Below are positions 1 to 11,320 of a stretch of 64,000 bases of DNA, one piece after another (within the stretch, counting starts at the first letter, position 1; each line of letters opens with the position of its first letter). A model generated the notes under the pieces. The model worked only from the letters and a program-made list of their open reading frames with translations. It was not told where the DNA came from and ran no database searches. This DNA is from an uncultured Candidatus Binatia bacterium (GTDB taxonomy: Bacteria > Desulfobacterota > Binatia > UBA9968 > JAJDTQ01), in NCBI GenBank assembly GCA_965204505.1, contig CBDBFB010000003.1:911705-975704 (forward strand), read 5' to 3'. The position numbers and the translations under genes were made by a program.

Positions 1-2
1 TC

Positions 3-347
3 ATCCGCACCGAGAGCGAGATGCTGAAGGCGATGGAGGAGGTCGCGGCGTACAAGGACCGGGCCGAGCGGGTGAAGGTCGAGGGCGGCCGGCGTTTCAA
101 CCCCGGCTGGCACCTGGCGCTGGACCTGCGCAACCTGTTGGCCGTGGCCGAGGCCGCTACCCTGTCGGCCCTCGAGTGCAAGGAAAGCCGCGGCGGCCAC
201 ACCCGGGACGACTACCCCGACCCCGACCCCAAGTACGGCAGCGTCAACGTCGTCACCCGCAAGCAGAACGGCGCCATCTCGGTTTCCCTCGAACCCCTGC
301 CCGAGATGCCCGAGGAGCTCAGGAAGATCGTCGAGGAGCAAGTTTGA
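3..347 (+). CDS. sdhA: Succinate dehydrogenase/fumarate reductase flavoprotein subunit, C-terminal part (5' end outside window)
   Basis: Motif ESRGGHTRDDYP typical of the SdhA/FrdA C-terminus; frame open from window start; TGA overlaps the ATG of the Fe-S subunit gene. Confidence 0.9.
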   Translation: MRTESEMLKAMEEVAAYKDRAERVKVEGGRRFNPGWHLALDLRNLLAVAEAATLSALECKESRGGHTRDDYPDPDPKYGSVNVVTRKQNGAISVSLEPLPEMPEELRKIVEEQV

Positions 348-1123
348 TGTCTGAAGCAGCGGTCGCAGGAAACGGTGGCGAAGCGAAAATGCGGGTCTGG
401 CGCGGCGACGCCGGCGGCGGAGAGTTCAGGGACTACACCGTGCCGCTCCAGGAGGGCATGGTGGTGCTAGACGTGATCCACAGCATCCAGGCCATGCACG
501 CCGGCGACCTCGCCGTGCGCTGGAACTGCAAGGCCGGCAAGTGCGGCTCGTGCAGCGCCGAGGTCAACGGCAAGCCGCGGCTCATGTGCATGACGCGCAT
601 GAACACGTTCGAGCCCGGCGAGACCATCACGGTGGCGCCCATCAAGACCTTCCCGCTGATCCGCGACCTCGTCACCGACGTGTCGTACAACTACGAGAAG
701 GCCAAGACTGTCCCGCCCTTCAAGCCCAAGCCCAAGGAGGCCGATGGCACCCGGCGCATGTACCAGGAGGACATCGACCGGGTGCAGGAGTTCCACAAGT
801 GCATCGAGTGCTTCCTGTGCCAGAACGTCTGCCACGTCATCCGGGACCACGACGACAACAAGCCGAGCTTCGCCGGGCCGCGTCTCTTCGTTCGGGTGGC
901 CAGTTTGGAGATGCACCCGCTGGACACCGACGACCGGCTGGAGTTCCTGCGCAAGGAGGCCGGGCTGGGCTTCTGCAACATCACCAAGTGCTGCACCGAG
1001 GTCTGCCCCGAGCACATCAAGATCACCGACAACTCCATCATCCCCTTGAAGGAACGCGTGGTGACGCGGTTCTACGACCCCATCGCACGGCTGCTGGGGG
1101 CGCTGGGCGGCAAAGGCTCCTGA
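347..1123 (+). CDS. sdhB: Succinate dehydrogenase/fumarate reductase iron-sulfur subunit
   Basis: Cys clusters CKAGKCGSC...C, CIECFLCQNVC, CNITKCCTEVC; ATG at 347 coupled to sdhA stop (TGATG). Confidence 0.93.
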   Translation: MSEAAVAGNGGEAKMRVWRGDAGGGEFRDYTVPLQEGMVVLDVIHSIQAMHAGDLAVRWNCKAGKCGSCSAEVNGKPRLMCMTRMNTFEPGETITVAPIKTFPLIRDLVTDVSYNYEKAKTVPPFKPKPKEADGTRRMYQEDIDRVQEFHKCIECFLCQNVCHVIRDHDDNKPSFAGPRLFVRVASLEMHPLDTDDRLEFLRKEAGLGFCNITKCCTEVCPEHIKITDNSIIPLKERVVTRFYDPIARLLGALGGKGS

Positions 1124-1215
1124 GGCTGCACGCATTCGCATGCAGGACACCGGTGTCCTCTCTCAAAAGCAGGTTTATGAAACTGCGCAAGAAACTTGTC
1201 GTTGGCAAGGCGTAA

Positions 1216-1329
1216 CGAACCCGTCATTCCGGCGAAAGCCGGAATCCAGGGGTGGCGAGGTCGAAGGGTTCGCCCTACCCGATCCAACCGCGCCTCTGGA
1301 TTCCGGCTTTCGCCGGAATGACGGGTTCG
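1216..1329. repeat. CGTC-tagged palindromic repeat dimer (MITE/REP-like), 34-bp inverted arms
   Basis: CGAACCCGTCATTCCGGCGAAAGCCGGAATCCAG at 1216-1249 and its exact reverse complement at 1296-1329; same family at 22930 and 60073, single units at 16739 and 52950. Confidence 0.92.
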
Positions 1330-1353
1330 GGCATCACAAAACGGTCGCACGGC

Positions 1354-2130
1354 ATGGAACTGTCGGAACGAGTAGCGCTGGTCACGGGCGGCGGCACCGG
1401 CATCGGCAAGGCCGTGGCGCGGGCCATGGCGCAGGAGGGCGCCAAGGTCGTCATCGCGGCACGCGACGGGGCCAGGCTGGAATCCGTGGCTCAAGAGCTT
1501 GAGGCGGAGGGCCATTCGGTCCTGCCGATTCCCGTCGACGTCAGGGACAAGACCGGCATCCACGATTGCGTAAGCACGATCCGCGACCGCTGGGGCCGGA
1601 TCCACATCCTGGTGAACAATGCCGGGACCTCGGGGATGACGCCCATGGATGACGCCGACGATGGTCTGTGGCACGCCATTGTCGACACGAACCTGACCGG
1701 CGTCTACCTGCTGACCAAGGAAGCGCTGGGAATCATGAGCGGGGACGGCGACGGCCGCATCATCAACATGTCCTCGGTGCTCGGCAAGTTCGGCGTTCCC
1801 GGCTATGCCGCTTACTGCGCCAGCAAGCACGGCCTCATCGGCTTCACCCGGGCGCTGGCGCTGGAGCTGGTGTCACGCGGCATCACCGTCAACGCCTTGT
1901 GTCCCGGCTGGGTGGACACGGAGATGTCCCGCGCCGGCATCGAGCAGATCGCCGCGCAACAGGGAACGGACCCCGAGTCGTTCAAGCAGCAGGCGCTCGC
2001 GGGCGTGCCGATCCGGCGGTTCCTGGAGCCGCAGGAGATCGCCCGGTTCGCGGTGTACCTGGCATCGGACAAGGCGTCCGGCATTACCGGACAGGCTCTC
2101 AACATCTGCGGCGGGCAGACCATGGTGTAA
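1354..2130 (+). CDS. Classical short-chain dehydrogenase/reductase (ketoacyl reductase / 3-hydroxybutyrate dehydrogenase-like)
   Basis: TGGGTGIG, NNAG, YCASKHG motifs; the ORF-track N-terminal extension from 1252 is translated repeat DNA. Confidence 0.9.
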   Translation: MELSERVALVTGGGTGIGKAVARAMAQEGAKVVIAARDGARLESVAQELEAEGHSVLPIPVDVRDKTGIHDCVSTIRDRWGRIHILVNNAGTSGMTPMDDADDGLWHAIVDTNLTGVYLLTKEALGIMSGDGDGRIINMSSVLGKFGVPGYAAYCASKHGLIGFTRALALELVSRGITVNALCPGWVDTEMSRAGIEQIAAQQGTDPESFKQQALAGVPIRRFLEPQEIARFAVYLASDKASGITGQALNICGGQTMV

Positions 2131-2133
2131 CCT

Positions 2134-2952
2134 ATGACGATCCCGGAACTAGAGGCCATAGCCAAGGAAATCAGGGTCGACGTGATCCGCATGCTGGTGG
2201 AAGCGGGCTCCGGCCACCCGGGCGGCTCGCTGTCCTGCACGGACATGGTGACGGCGCTGTACTTCCACCAGATGCGCCACCGCCCGGACCAGCCCGACTG
2301 GCCGGACCGGGACCGGTTCGTGCTCTCCAAGGGGCACTGCGTGCCCGCGGTGTACGCCGCCCTGGCCCGGGCCGGCTACCTCAAGCGGGAGGAGACGCTG
2401 AGCCTGCGCAAGCTCAACAGCCGCATGCAGGGACACCCGGACCGGCACCGCTTCCCCTACGTGGAGGCTTCCACCGGCTCCCTCGGACAGGGCCTGTCGG
2501 TGGCCGTGGGAATGGCGCTGGCCGGAAAGACCGGCGGCAAGGACTACCGCACCTACTGCGTCATCAGCGACGGCGAATGCCAGGCCGGACAGATCTGGGA
2601 AGCGGCCATGTCCGCGCCCCGCTTCAAGCTCGACAACCTCTGCGTGCTCATGGACTACAACCACATCCAGTTGAGCGGGGTGACCGACGAGATCATGAGC
2701 CTGGAGCCGCTGCTGGACAAGTGGCGCGCCTTCAACTGGAACACGCTGGAGATCGACGGCCACAGCTTCCCGGCTATCCTGGAGGCCCTGAAGGCAGCGG
2801 AGCAGCATCGCGACGGCCCCACCATGATCGTCTGCCAGACCGTCAAGGGCAAAGGGGTCAGCTTCATGGAGAACCGCTGGGAATGGCACGGCAAGGCCCC
2901 CAGCCGCGAGGAAGGCGACCGCGCCATCGAAGAACTGGTCAACGGCGGATAG
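2134..2952 (+). CDS. Transketolase, N-terminal (ThDP-binding) subunit
   Basis: SGHPGGSLS, DRFVLSKGH, STGSLGQG, SDGECQAG, WHGKAP motifs. Confidence 0.93.
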   Translation: MTIPELEAIAKEIRVDVIRMLVEAGSGHPGGSLSCTDMVTALYFHQMRHRPDQPDWPDRDRFVLSKGHCVPAVYAALARAGYLKREETLSLRKLNSRMQGHPDRHRFPYVEASTGSLGQGLSVAVGMALAGKTGGKDYRTYCVISDGECQAGQIWEAAMSAPRFKLDNLCVLMDYNHIQLSGVTDEIMSLEPLLDKWRAFNWNTLEIDGHSFPAILEALKAAEQHRDGPTMIVCQTVKGKGVSFMENRWEWHGKAPSREEGDRAIEELVNGG

Positions 2953-3011
2953 GGTCGCCGGGCTGGAGACTCCCTTCGTGGCGTTCGCCCAATGGACGGG
3001 CGCCATGCCGG

Positions 3012-3100
3012 CCGGGGCGACCGCCGGTCGCCCCTACGGGTATTCGCACCTACCGCCCCACAAGGGCGATCTCGGGTAGGGGCGACCGGCGGTCGCCCCG
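3012..3100. repeat. Inverted pair of GTAG-type REP palindromes
   Basis: CCGGGGCGACCGCCGGTCGCCCCTAC (3012-3037) and GTAGGGGCGACCGGCGGTCGCCCCG (3076-3100) between the two transketolase genes. Confidence 0.85.
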
Positions 3101-3125
3101 AGGCATCCACAGCAAGGAAGATCAA

Positions 3126-4048
3126 ATGAGCGCAACCGCAACACGCGTCACCTTCGGCGAGACCGTCACCCGGCTGGCCGACGACAATCCGGACATCGTC
3201 GTCCTCGACGCCGACCTCCGGAAGTCCACCATGACCGACGAGTTCTCGCGCAAGCATCCCGAGCGCTTCTTCGACGTCGGTATCGCCGAGGGCAACATGG
3301 TGGGGGTCGGCGCCGGCATGGCCCTGGCCGGCAAGATCCCCTTCATCTGCAGCTTCGCCTGCTTCGTGGTGGGCCGCTTCGAGCAGATCCGCATGGCCGT
3401 GGCCTACAACCGCGCCAACGTCAAGATCGTCGGCACCCACGCCGGCATCGCATCGGCGAGGACGGCTACAGCCAGATGGCCACCGAGGACGTGGGCCTCA
3501 TGCGCACCCTGCCCAACATGGCCGTGGTGCAACCGGCGGACGCCATCGAGACCCGCGGCGCCGTGGAGTACATCGCGCAGCACGACGGCCCCGTGTTCCT
3601 GCGGCTCACGCGCCAGAAGGTCGCCGACGTCAACGGCGAAGGCTACGAGTTCCGTTTCGGCAAGGCCGTGGTCCTGCGGGAAGGCGCGGACGTTTCGCTG
3701 GTGGGAACCGGCGCCGTGATGGAGAACGTCCTCAAGGCCGCCGACCTGTTGGCCGAACAAGGCATCAACGCCCAGGTCGTCAACATCCACACCATCAAGC
3801 CCATCGACACCGAGTTCATCGAGTCGGTGGCGTCAACCCACGGCAGGATCGTCACAGTGGAAGACCACGGCATCTCCGGCGGCCTCGGCAGCGCCGTAGC
3901 CGAAGCCGTAGCCGAGCTCGGACGCGGCCGAGTCCGGCGCGTGGGCGTCACCGAGTTCGCCGAATCCGGCGATACCGAGGGACTCTACGGGAAGTACGGA
4001 CTGTCCGCCGAGCACATCAGCACGGCGGCGGTGGAGTTGATGGACTAG
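3126..4048 (+). pseudogene. Transketolase C-terminal subunit with a single-base frameshift near 3450 (true pseudogene or sequencing error)
   Basis: ATG 3126 frame gives DADLRKST, FFDVGIAEGNM, GTHAGI; the conserved continuation IGEDGYSQMATED is in another frame; one base missing at 3450-3451. Confidence 0.85.
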
Positions 4049-4160
4049 CCCGAAGTTCCTGGAAAAACAGCCTTCAGAAACGAGTTAAGCGATTGATATC
4101 CAAGAGGAAATGCCTTTTTGGGCGCCCTCGTATGTTCCCATGTATATGGGATGATAGTCC

Positions 4161-4189
4161 TTGCCTTTGGTGGGCTTGTGTGCTATCGT
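4161..4189 (+). promoter_or_regulatory. Putative sigma70 promoter of the transposase (possibly leaderless mRNA)
   Basis: TTGCCT-N17-TATCGT with TG extension; ends 7 nt before ATG 4197, no Shine-Dalgarno. Confidence 0.5.
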
Positions 4190-4196
4190 CGTTGCC

Positions 4197-5924
4197 ATGT
4201 ACGTGGAGACCGTCCCCAACCGCAACTCCCCGCCCGCCATCCTCCTCCGCGAAGGCTGGCGCGAAGGCAAGCGCGTGCGCAAACGCACCCTGGCCAACCT
4301 CTCCGACTGGCCCCCGGCCAAGATAGAAACCCTGCGCCGGCTGCTCAAGAACCAACCCCTGGTCAGCCCCGAGGAGGCCTTCGACATCGTCCGCTCCAAG
4401 CCCCACGGTCATGTCGCCGCGGTGCTCGGTTCGGTGCGCAAGCTGGGCCTGGACCGTCTGCTTTCCACCGCTCCGTGCGCGGAGCGCGAGAGGGTGCTGG
4501 CGCTGATCTGTGCCCGTGTCCTTGCCCCGGTTTCGAAGTTGGCCACCGCCCGAGGACTTGCCGAGGCCACGGCCAGGGATTCGCTGGCGCAGACCCTGGA
4601 GTTGGGGGAGGTCAATGAGGACGATCTGTACGCGGCCATGGACTGGCTGTTGGAGCGGCAGGAGGCCATCGAGAAGCGCCTGGCCAAGAGGCATCTTGGG
4701 GACGGCGCCCTGGTGCTCTACGACCTCACCTCGGTCTATCTGGAGGGCCGCTGCTGCCCTCTGGCGCGGCACGGCCATTCCCGCGACGGCAAGCGCGGCA
4801 AGCTTCAGATCGAGTTCGGCCTGTTGTGCGACCGCGACGGCCGTCCGGTGGCGGTGGAGGTGTTCAAGGGCGACAGCGCCGATCCCATGACCTTGGGCGC
4901 GCAGGTGGACAAGCTGCGCCGGCGGTTCGGGCTCTCGAAGGTGGTGCTGGTGGGCGACCGGGGCATGCTCACCGAAGCGCGCATCCGTGAGGAAGTGGCG
5001 CCTGCGGGGCTGGACTGGATCAGCGCCCTGCGCTCCTCGGCCATTCGCCGGCTGGTGGAATCCGGGGCGGTGCAGATGTCGTTGTTCGACCAGAGCGGTC
5101 TTTTGGAGGTCCGCTCCGAGGACTATCCCGGTGAGCGTCTGATGGTGTGCCGCAATCCGTTGCTTCAGGCCGAGCGGGGGCGCAAGCGCACGGAGTTGCT
5201 CCAGGCCACCGAACGCCTGCTGGAGCCCATCGTGGCTGCCACCGGGCGGGAGAAGCGGCGGCTCACGGGCCGGGAGCGCATCGCGCTTCGGGTGGGCCGG
5301 GTGATCGACAGGTACAAGATGGCCAAGCACTTCCACCTCGACATCACCGACCACTCCTTCCGCTACACCCGAACCCCCGAATCCATCGCCCGAGAGGCCG
5401 CCCTCGACGGCCTCTACGTCGTGCGCACCAGCCTGCATGAAAACCAACTGGATGCCCAAAGGACAGTGCATGCCTACAAGAGCCTGAGCCGGGTGGAGCG
5501 CGCCTTCCGAAGCTTCAAGACCGTGGACCTCAAGGTCCGGCCGGTTCATCACCGCGCCCCGGACCGGGTGCGCGTCCATGTCCTGTTGTGCATGCTCGCC
5601 TACTACGTCGAATGGCACATGCGTCAGCGCCTCGCTCCCCTGCTGTTCGACGACCATGACCCCGCCGGCGCCCAACGATCCTCCATCGTGGCGCCAGCCA
5701 AAACATCCCCCTCAGCTCAGAACAAGGCTCGCAGCAAACGCACCGAAGACGGCTTGCCCGTCCACAGCTTCCGCTCCTTGCTCGACGATCTTGCCACCAT
5801 CGTCCAAAACCGTGTCGTCCCAAGGCTCCCCGGCGCCCAGCCCTTCGACCTGCTCACCCGCCCCACTCCTCTGCAACGTCAAGCCTTCAAACTCCTCGAC
5901 GTACAACTCCAACGTTCCCAGTAA
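4197..5924 (+). CDS. IS1634-family DDE transposase
   Basis: N-terminus MYVETVPNRNSPPAILLREGWREG; DDE triad candidates LYDLTS, VGDRGM, VERAFR; VRPVHH motif. Confidence 0.92.
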   Translation: MYVETVPNRNSPPAILLREGWREGKRVRKRTLANLSDWPPAKIETLRRLLKNQPLVSPEEAFDIVRSKPHGHVAAVLGSVRKLGLDRLLSTAPCAERERVLALICARVLAPVSKLATARGLAEATARDSLAQTLELGEVNEDDLYAAMDWLLERQEAIEKRLAKRHLGDGALVLYDLTSVYLEGRCCPLARHGHSRDGKRGKLQIEFGLLCDRDGRPVAVEVFKGDSADPMTLGAQVDKLRRRFGLSKVVLVGDRGMLTEARIREEVAPAGLDWISALRSSAIRRLVESGAVQMSLFDQSGLLEVRSEDYPGERLMVCRNPLLQAERGRKRTELLQATERLLEPIVAATGREKRRLTGRERIALRVGRVIDRYKMAKHFHLDITDHSFRYTRTPESIAREAALDGLYVVRTSLHENQLDAQRTVHAYKSLSRVERAFRSFKTVDLKVRPVHHRAPDRVRVHVLLCMLAYYVEWHMRQRLAPLLFDDHDPAGAQRSSIVAPAKTSPSAQNKARSKRTEDGLPVHSFRSLLDDLATIVQNRVVPRLPGAQPFDLLTRPTPLQRQAFKLLDVQLQRSQ

Positions 5925-5957
5925 CAGCACCTTGATCGCTTCGCTTTAGCCCTAATA

Positions 5958-6119
5958 TCAATGCCTTGGCTCGCCCTCCGGCTGGAACTTCGGACTAGCG
6001 GTTGTGCGAGGCGGCTCCGGCACTTCAACTTCATGCGACTCGAAACCGTCGCGGGCGCCCTCCAGGTATGCACGGGCATCGTCGAGCCCGGCCATGACTT
6101 TGTCGAATGCCGGGGACAT
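5958..6119 (-). pseudogene. Truncated XRE/HigA-like antitoxin remnant (53 codons, HTH absent)
   Basis: Manual translation: MSPAFDKVMAGLDDARAYLEGARDGFESHEVEVPEP then unrelated sequence running into the IS end; ATG directly follows the rplI stop; not in ORF track. Confidence 0.55.
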
Positions 6120-6677
6120 CTATTCGGACGCGGCTGAAGGCTCGCTGCGGTCTCCCTCGGCGGACCCTTCTTCACCTTCACTTGACGGCGCTTCACCATC
6201 CGCGGCCTGGGCCTGAACTTCTCCCTCCGGCTCATCCTCCGACACCACCTTCACCTTGATGCTCGGCATCACTTCCGGACGCAGGCGGATGGGGACCTCG
6301 TAGTCGCCGACGTTCTTGATGGGGGCGTCGAGGACGATCCTGCGGCGTTCGACGTCGTAGCCCTGCTCCTTGAGCGCCTTTTCGATGTCCATGGTGGTCA
6401 CCGAGCCGAAGAGCCTGCCCTCCTCGCCTACCTTGGCGGTGAACTCGAGGGACACCCCCGCGAGCTTGTCGCTGATGCCTTGGGCCTCCTTGGTGAGGCG
6501 CTCGCGGCGTTGGGCGATCATGCGCTGCTCGTGCTCCAGGGCCTTGAGGTTCTTGCTGTTGGCCAGCACCACGAGGCAGCGGGGCAGCAGGTAGTTGCGG
6601 GCGTAACCGTCCTTGACCTTCACCACGTCGCCCATGTGGCCCAGGTTTTCAATGTCTTCCCTCAGAACGACTTCCAT
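6120..6677 (-). CDS. rplI: 50S ribosomal protein L9 with acidic C-terminal tail
   Basis: MEVVLREDIENLG...VKVKDGYARNYLLP, GRLFGSVT. Confidence 0.97.
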   Translation of the reverse strand: MEVVLREDIENLGHMGDVVKVKDGYARNYLLPRCLVVLANSKNLKALEHEQRMIAQRRERLTKEAQGISDKLAGVSLEFTAKVGEEGRLFGSVTTMDIEKALKEQGYDVERRRIVLDAPIKNVGDYEVPIRLRPEVMPSIKVKVVSEDEPEGEVQAQAADGEAPSSEGEEGSAEGDRSEPSAASE

Positions 6678-6687
6678 CGGATCTCCT

Positions 6688-7632
6688 TCAGGTCAGGCCC
6701 GCGGTACGCCGCTTGAGGCGACGGAAGTCGCCCCACAGGTCGAAGAACCCCAGGCCGATGACCAGCACCGTGAGAACCTGCTCGAAGACGATGAGCAGGT
6801 ATCCCAGCACGCGAAAAAACATCGGCACCTTCTTGTGATGAAAATAGTACGCGACGATGGCAAGGCCGTGGAAGAAGTAGAACACGGTGCATACGAAAAC
6901 CACGTTCACCGCCAGCGCGCGCAGCAACCCCCCCAGGGGCAGAAAAAGCGCCAGGCTGGGAACCAGCAACAGCCACACCATGTGATCCGGCGACTTCCAT
7001 TCCTTCAGGTCTCCGGCCTTGAAGAAAAACGAGCGATACTGCGGGAACTGCCACGACAGCAGCCCCAGGTTCACCAGCACCGCGACCCCGATGGCGAAGA
7101 AGATCATCGCGGGCAGCATCTGGACGAACAGCGCCGCCATCTGCTCCGCCTGCTCTCGCAGGAACTCGATGGTTTCGCCGGACAGGCCCATGCGCTGGTA
7201 GACTTCCAGGGTCGCGAGAACCTGGGCGTGGGCGCCGGCATTCAGCGTCGTCCACAGGGTCGAGAGGGAGCCGGCGAACGCCGTCGCCGTCATCAGCATG
7301 ACCGCCACCGTGCAGATGGCGTTGCCGCTCACGATGGCGGCAATGGACCACCCTCGCCCGAAGGAAAAGAACAGCAGGAAGGTCACCAGCGCGAAGACCA
7401 GGTAGGCCGCCGCGGCTTCCAGGCCGGCCATGGCGAAGACGAACACCACCGCCGCCGCCGGCAGCACGAGCCCGGCCTGCTTCCCCGCCCTGACGCCCAC
7501 GTACAGGGCCGGGAAGATCACCAGCGGGAGCACGGCCAGACCGGCCACCGGCACCCTCAGCCCCGCGAAGAAGAGCAGCAGGGTGGCGGCCAGGCCCAGG
7601 CCGAACCACTTCAGCGTGTCAAGCCCTTTCAT
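6688..7632 (-). CDS. DUF2232/YybS-family membrane protein
   Basis: Multi-pass hydrophobic protein ending GLGFFDLWGDFRR; conserved position between rpsR and rplI. Confidence 0.85.
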   Translation of the reverse strand: MKGLDTLKWFGLGLAATLLLFFAGLRVPVAGLAVLPLVIFPALYVGVRAGKQAGLVLPAAAVVFVFAMAGLEAAAAYLVFALVTFLLFFSFGRGWSIAAIVSGNAICTVAVMLMTATAFAGSLSTLWTTLNAGAHAQVLATLEVYQRMGLSGETIEFLREQAEQMAALFVQMLPAMIFFAIGVAVLVNLGLLSWQFPQYRSFFFKAGDLKEWKSPDHMVWLLLVPSLALFLPLGGLLRALAVNVVFVCTVFYFFHGLAIVAYYFHHKKVPMFFRVLGYLLIVFEQVLTVLVIGLGFFDLWGDFRRLKRRTAGLT

Positions 7633-7724
7633 AAACAGACCCGTCGCGGCCCGCCCACGGCGGGAAGGTCCCGCAATTTGCCGCGCATTTGCATGTCACA
7701 GGCCGCCAGGCGGGGGACGCCGGA

Positions 7725-8003
7725 TCAGAGCTTTACGGTGGTATAGGGGAGTAACGCTACCAGACGGGCCCGCTTGATTGCCTTGGACAAGCGTCGTTGA
7801 CACCAGCAACAGGTCCCGGTGATGCGGCTCGGTGTGATCTTGCCGCGCTCCGTCATGAACCCGCTGAGGAGCTTGGTGTCCTTGTAGTCGAAACGAAGAT
7901 CCTGGTTGGCGCAGAAGCGGCACACCTTGCGGCGCGACATGCCGCGCCGGCGAGGTGGCGAATCATGATCTTCCGAGCCTCTTCTCCCGCGATATTCTGC
8001 CAT
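7725..8003 (-). CDS. rpsR: 30S ribosomal protein S18 (Cys-containing form)
   Basis: [33 protein letters not shown]. Confidence 0.97.
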   Translation of the reverse strand: MAEYRGRRGSEDHDSPPRRRGMSRRKVCRFCANQDLRFDYKDTKLLSGFMTERGKITPSRITGTCCWCQRRLSKAIKRARLVALLPYTTVKL

Positions 8004-8054
8004 CTTTACCTGGTGTCCCGCTCTTCCATCCGTCCGTTCCGCGCTCTGAAGCCG

Positions 8055-8531
8055 CTAGGCTTCAGAGCCTTCCTGGACTTCCTTGGGTTCTTCCGCCGGC
8101 TCGGCGGCCGGTGCCGGTGTCGATTCTGATTCCGGTGCCGAGGTCGATTCCGGCTCCGGCGCTGATTCCGGCTCCGCTGCCGCCGCCGGTTCCGGTTCCG
8201 GCGCGGGTTCGTCCGTCCGCGCCAGGGACAGCACGTCCTCGTCCAGAACCACGGTCATGCAGCGCATGACCTCGTCGCTCAGCCGCATCAGCCGCTCGAG
8301 CTCCTCGCTGGTTCCCGCCGAAGCCTGGTACTGGACCAGGTTGTAGAAGCCCCTGCCCTGCTTCTCGATGGGGTAGGCGAGATCGCGCATACCCCATTCC
8401 TCGAAATGCGTAACCGTTGCGCCTCGTCCTTCCAGAACTCCCCGGTACCTGTCACAGAGCTCCTTGTTCTTGCCGCTGTGAACCGGGTGGACGATGAAAA
8501 GCGTCTCGTAATGGGTTGTTTCTTCAGCCAT
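8055..8531 (-). CDS. rpsF: 30S ribosomal protein S6 with low-complexity Pro/Glu/Ala tail
   Basis: [24 protein letters not shown] motifs. Confidence 0.95.
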   Translation of the reverse strand: MAEETTHYETLFIVHPVHSGKNKELCDRYRGVLEGRGATVTHFEEWGMRDLAYPIEKQGRGFYNLVQYQASAGTSEELERLMRLSDEVMRCMTVVLDEDVLSLARTDEPAPEPEPAAAAEPESAPEPESTSAPESESTPAPAAEPAEEPKEVQEGSEA

Positions 8532-8581
8532 AATCGTCGGGTTTTCTTAACACAGGGGTGGTCCCTTTACAACCTGCGGGC

Positions 8582-10630
<2,049 letters not shown>

Positions 10631-10674
10631 AACGCCCCTCCTCTATTGAGAAGCCTGCCCGGCCAGCCCGGAAT

Positions 10675-11253
10675 CTACCGCGGGGCAGGCTCCTGTCGAT
10701 TGAAATCTTCCATGGCCCGCACCGGGCCCTTCAGTACGATTGCTTCCAGCGCCTCCTCGGCCCGGGACAGGACGTCCTCCAACGATTGCTGCTCCTCGCC
10801 CGAGAACCGGCTCAGCACGTATTCCACCGGGTCCATCCCCGCGGGCGGACGGCCGATGCCCATGCGGAGCCGGACGAAGTCACGGTCGGCCACATGCTGC
10901 AGGATCGACGCCAGGCCCCGGTGTCCGCCGGCGGAGCCGCCGCAGCGGATCCGCAAGCGCCCGAAGGGCAGGTCCAGGTCGTCGTAGGCTACCACCAGGT
11001 CCGCGCCCCGGACCCGGAAGCGACGCAACAGGGCCGCGGCCGCCACGCCGCTGTTGTTCATGTAGGTCTGGGGCTTTGCGAGCACCAGGGACTCCCGCTC
11101 CCACTCTCCCCGACCCACCAACGATTCGCACCGGTCGTCGCCGATGCGAACCCCCCTGGCTTCCGCGATGCGATCCAGCAGCAGAAACCCGAGATTGTGG
11201 CGCGTGCGCGCGTATCGCCGGCCCGGGTTGCCCAGGCCCACCACGAGCTTCAC
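10675..11253 (-). CDS. pth: Peptidyl-tRNA hydrolase
   Basis: VVGLGNPG, TRHNLG, KPQTYMNNSG, YDDLDLP, GGHRGL. Confidence 0.96.
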   Translation of the reverse strand: MKLVVGLGNPGRRYARTRHNLGFLLLDRIAEARGVRIGDDRCESLVGRGEWERESLVLAKPQTYMNNSGVAAAALLRRFRVRGADLVVAYDDLDLPFGRLRIRCGGSAGGHRGLASILQHVADRDFVRLRMGIGRPPAGMDPVEYVLSRFSGEEQQSLEDVLSRAEEALEAIVLKGPVRAMEDFNRQEPAPR

Positions 11254-11320
11254 GCGGCTACCCTGTTACGGAACCTCGACGGCGTGGAGGACTCCCGGAC
11301 ATCGGCGACGCGCGTGGAGA

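Larger units (their letters stand above)
4049..5994 (+). mobile_element. IS1634-family insertion sequence with terminal inverted repeats and CTAG target duplication
   Basis: Left end CCCGAAGTTCC (4049-4059), right end GGAACTTCGGA (5984-5994); CTAG flanks at 4045-4048 and 5995-5998; single transposase ORF inside. Confidence 0.88.

Noticed and set aside
1668-3719. 683-aa ORF spanning the SDR and transketolase genes
   Set aside because: Only 3126-3450 is real (start of the transketolase C subunit); the remainder is off-frame read-through
8532-8581. S6:S18 ribosomal leader RNA upstream of rpsF
   Set aside because: Only 50 nt with weak pairing; cannot be supported without a covariance-model search
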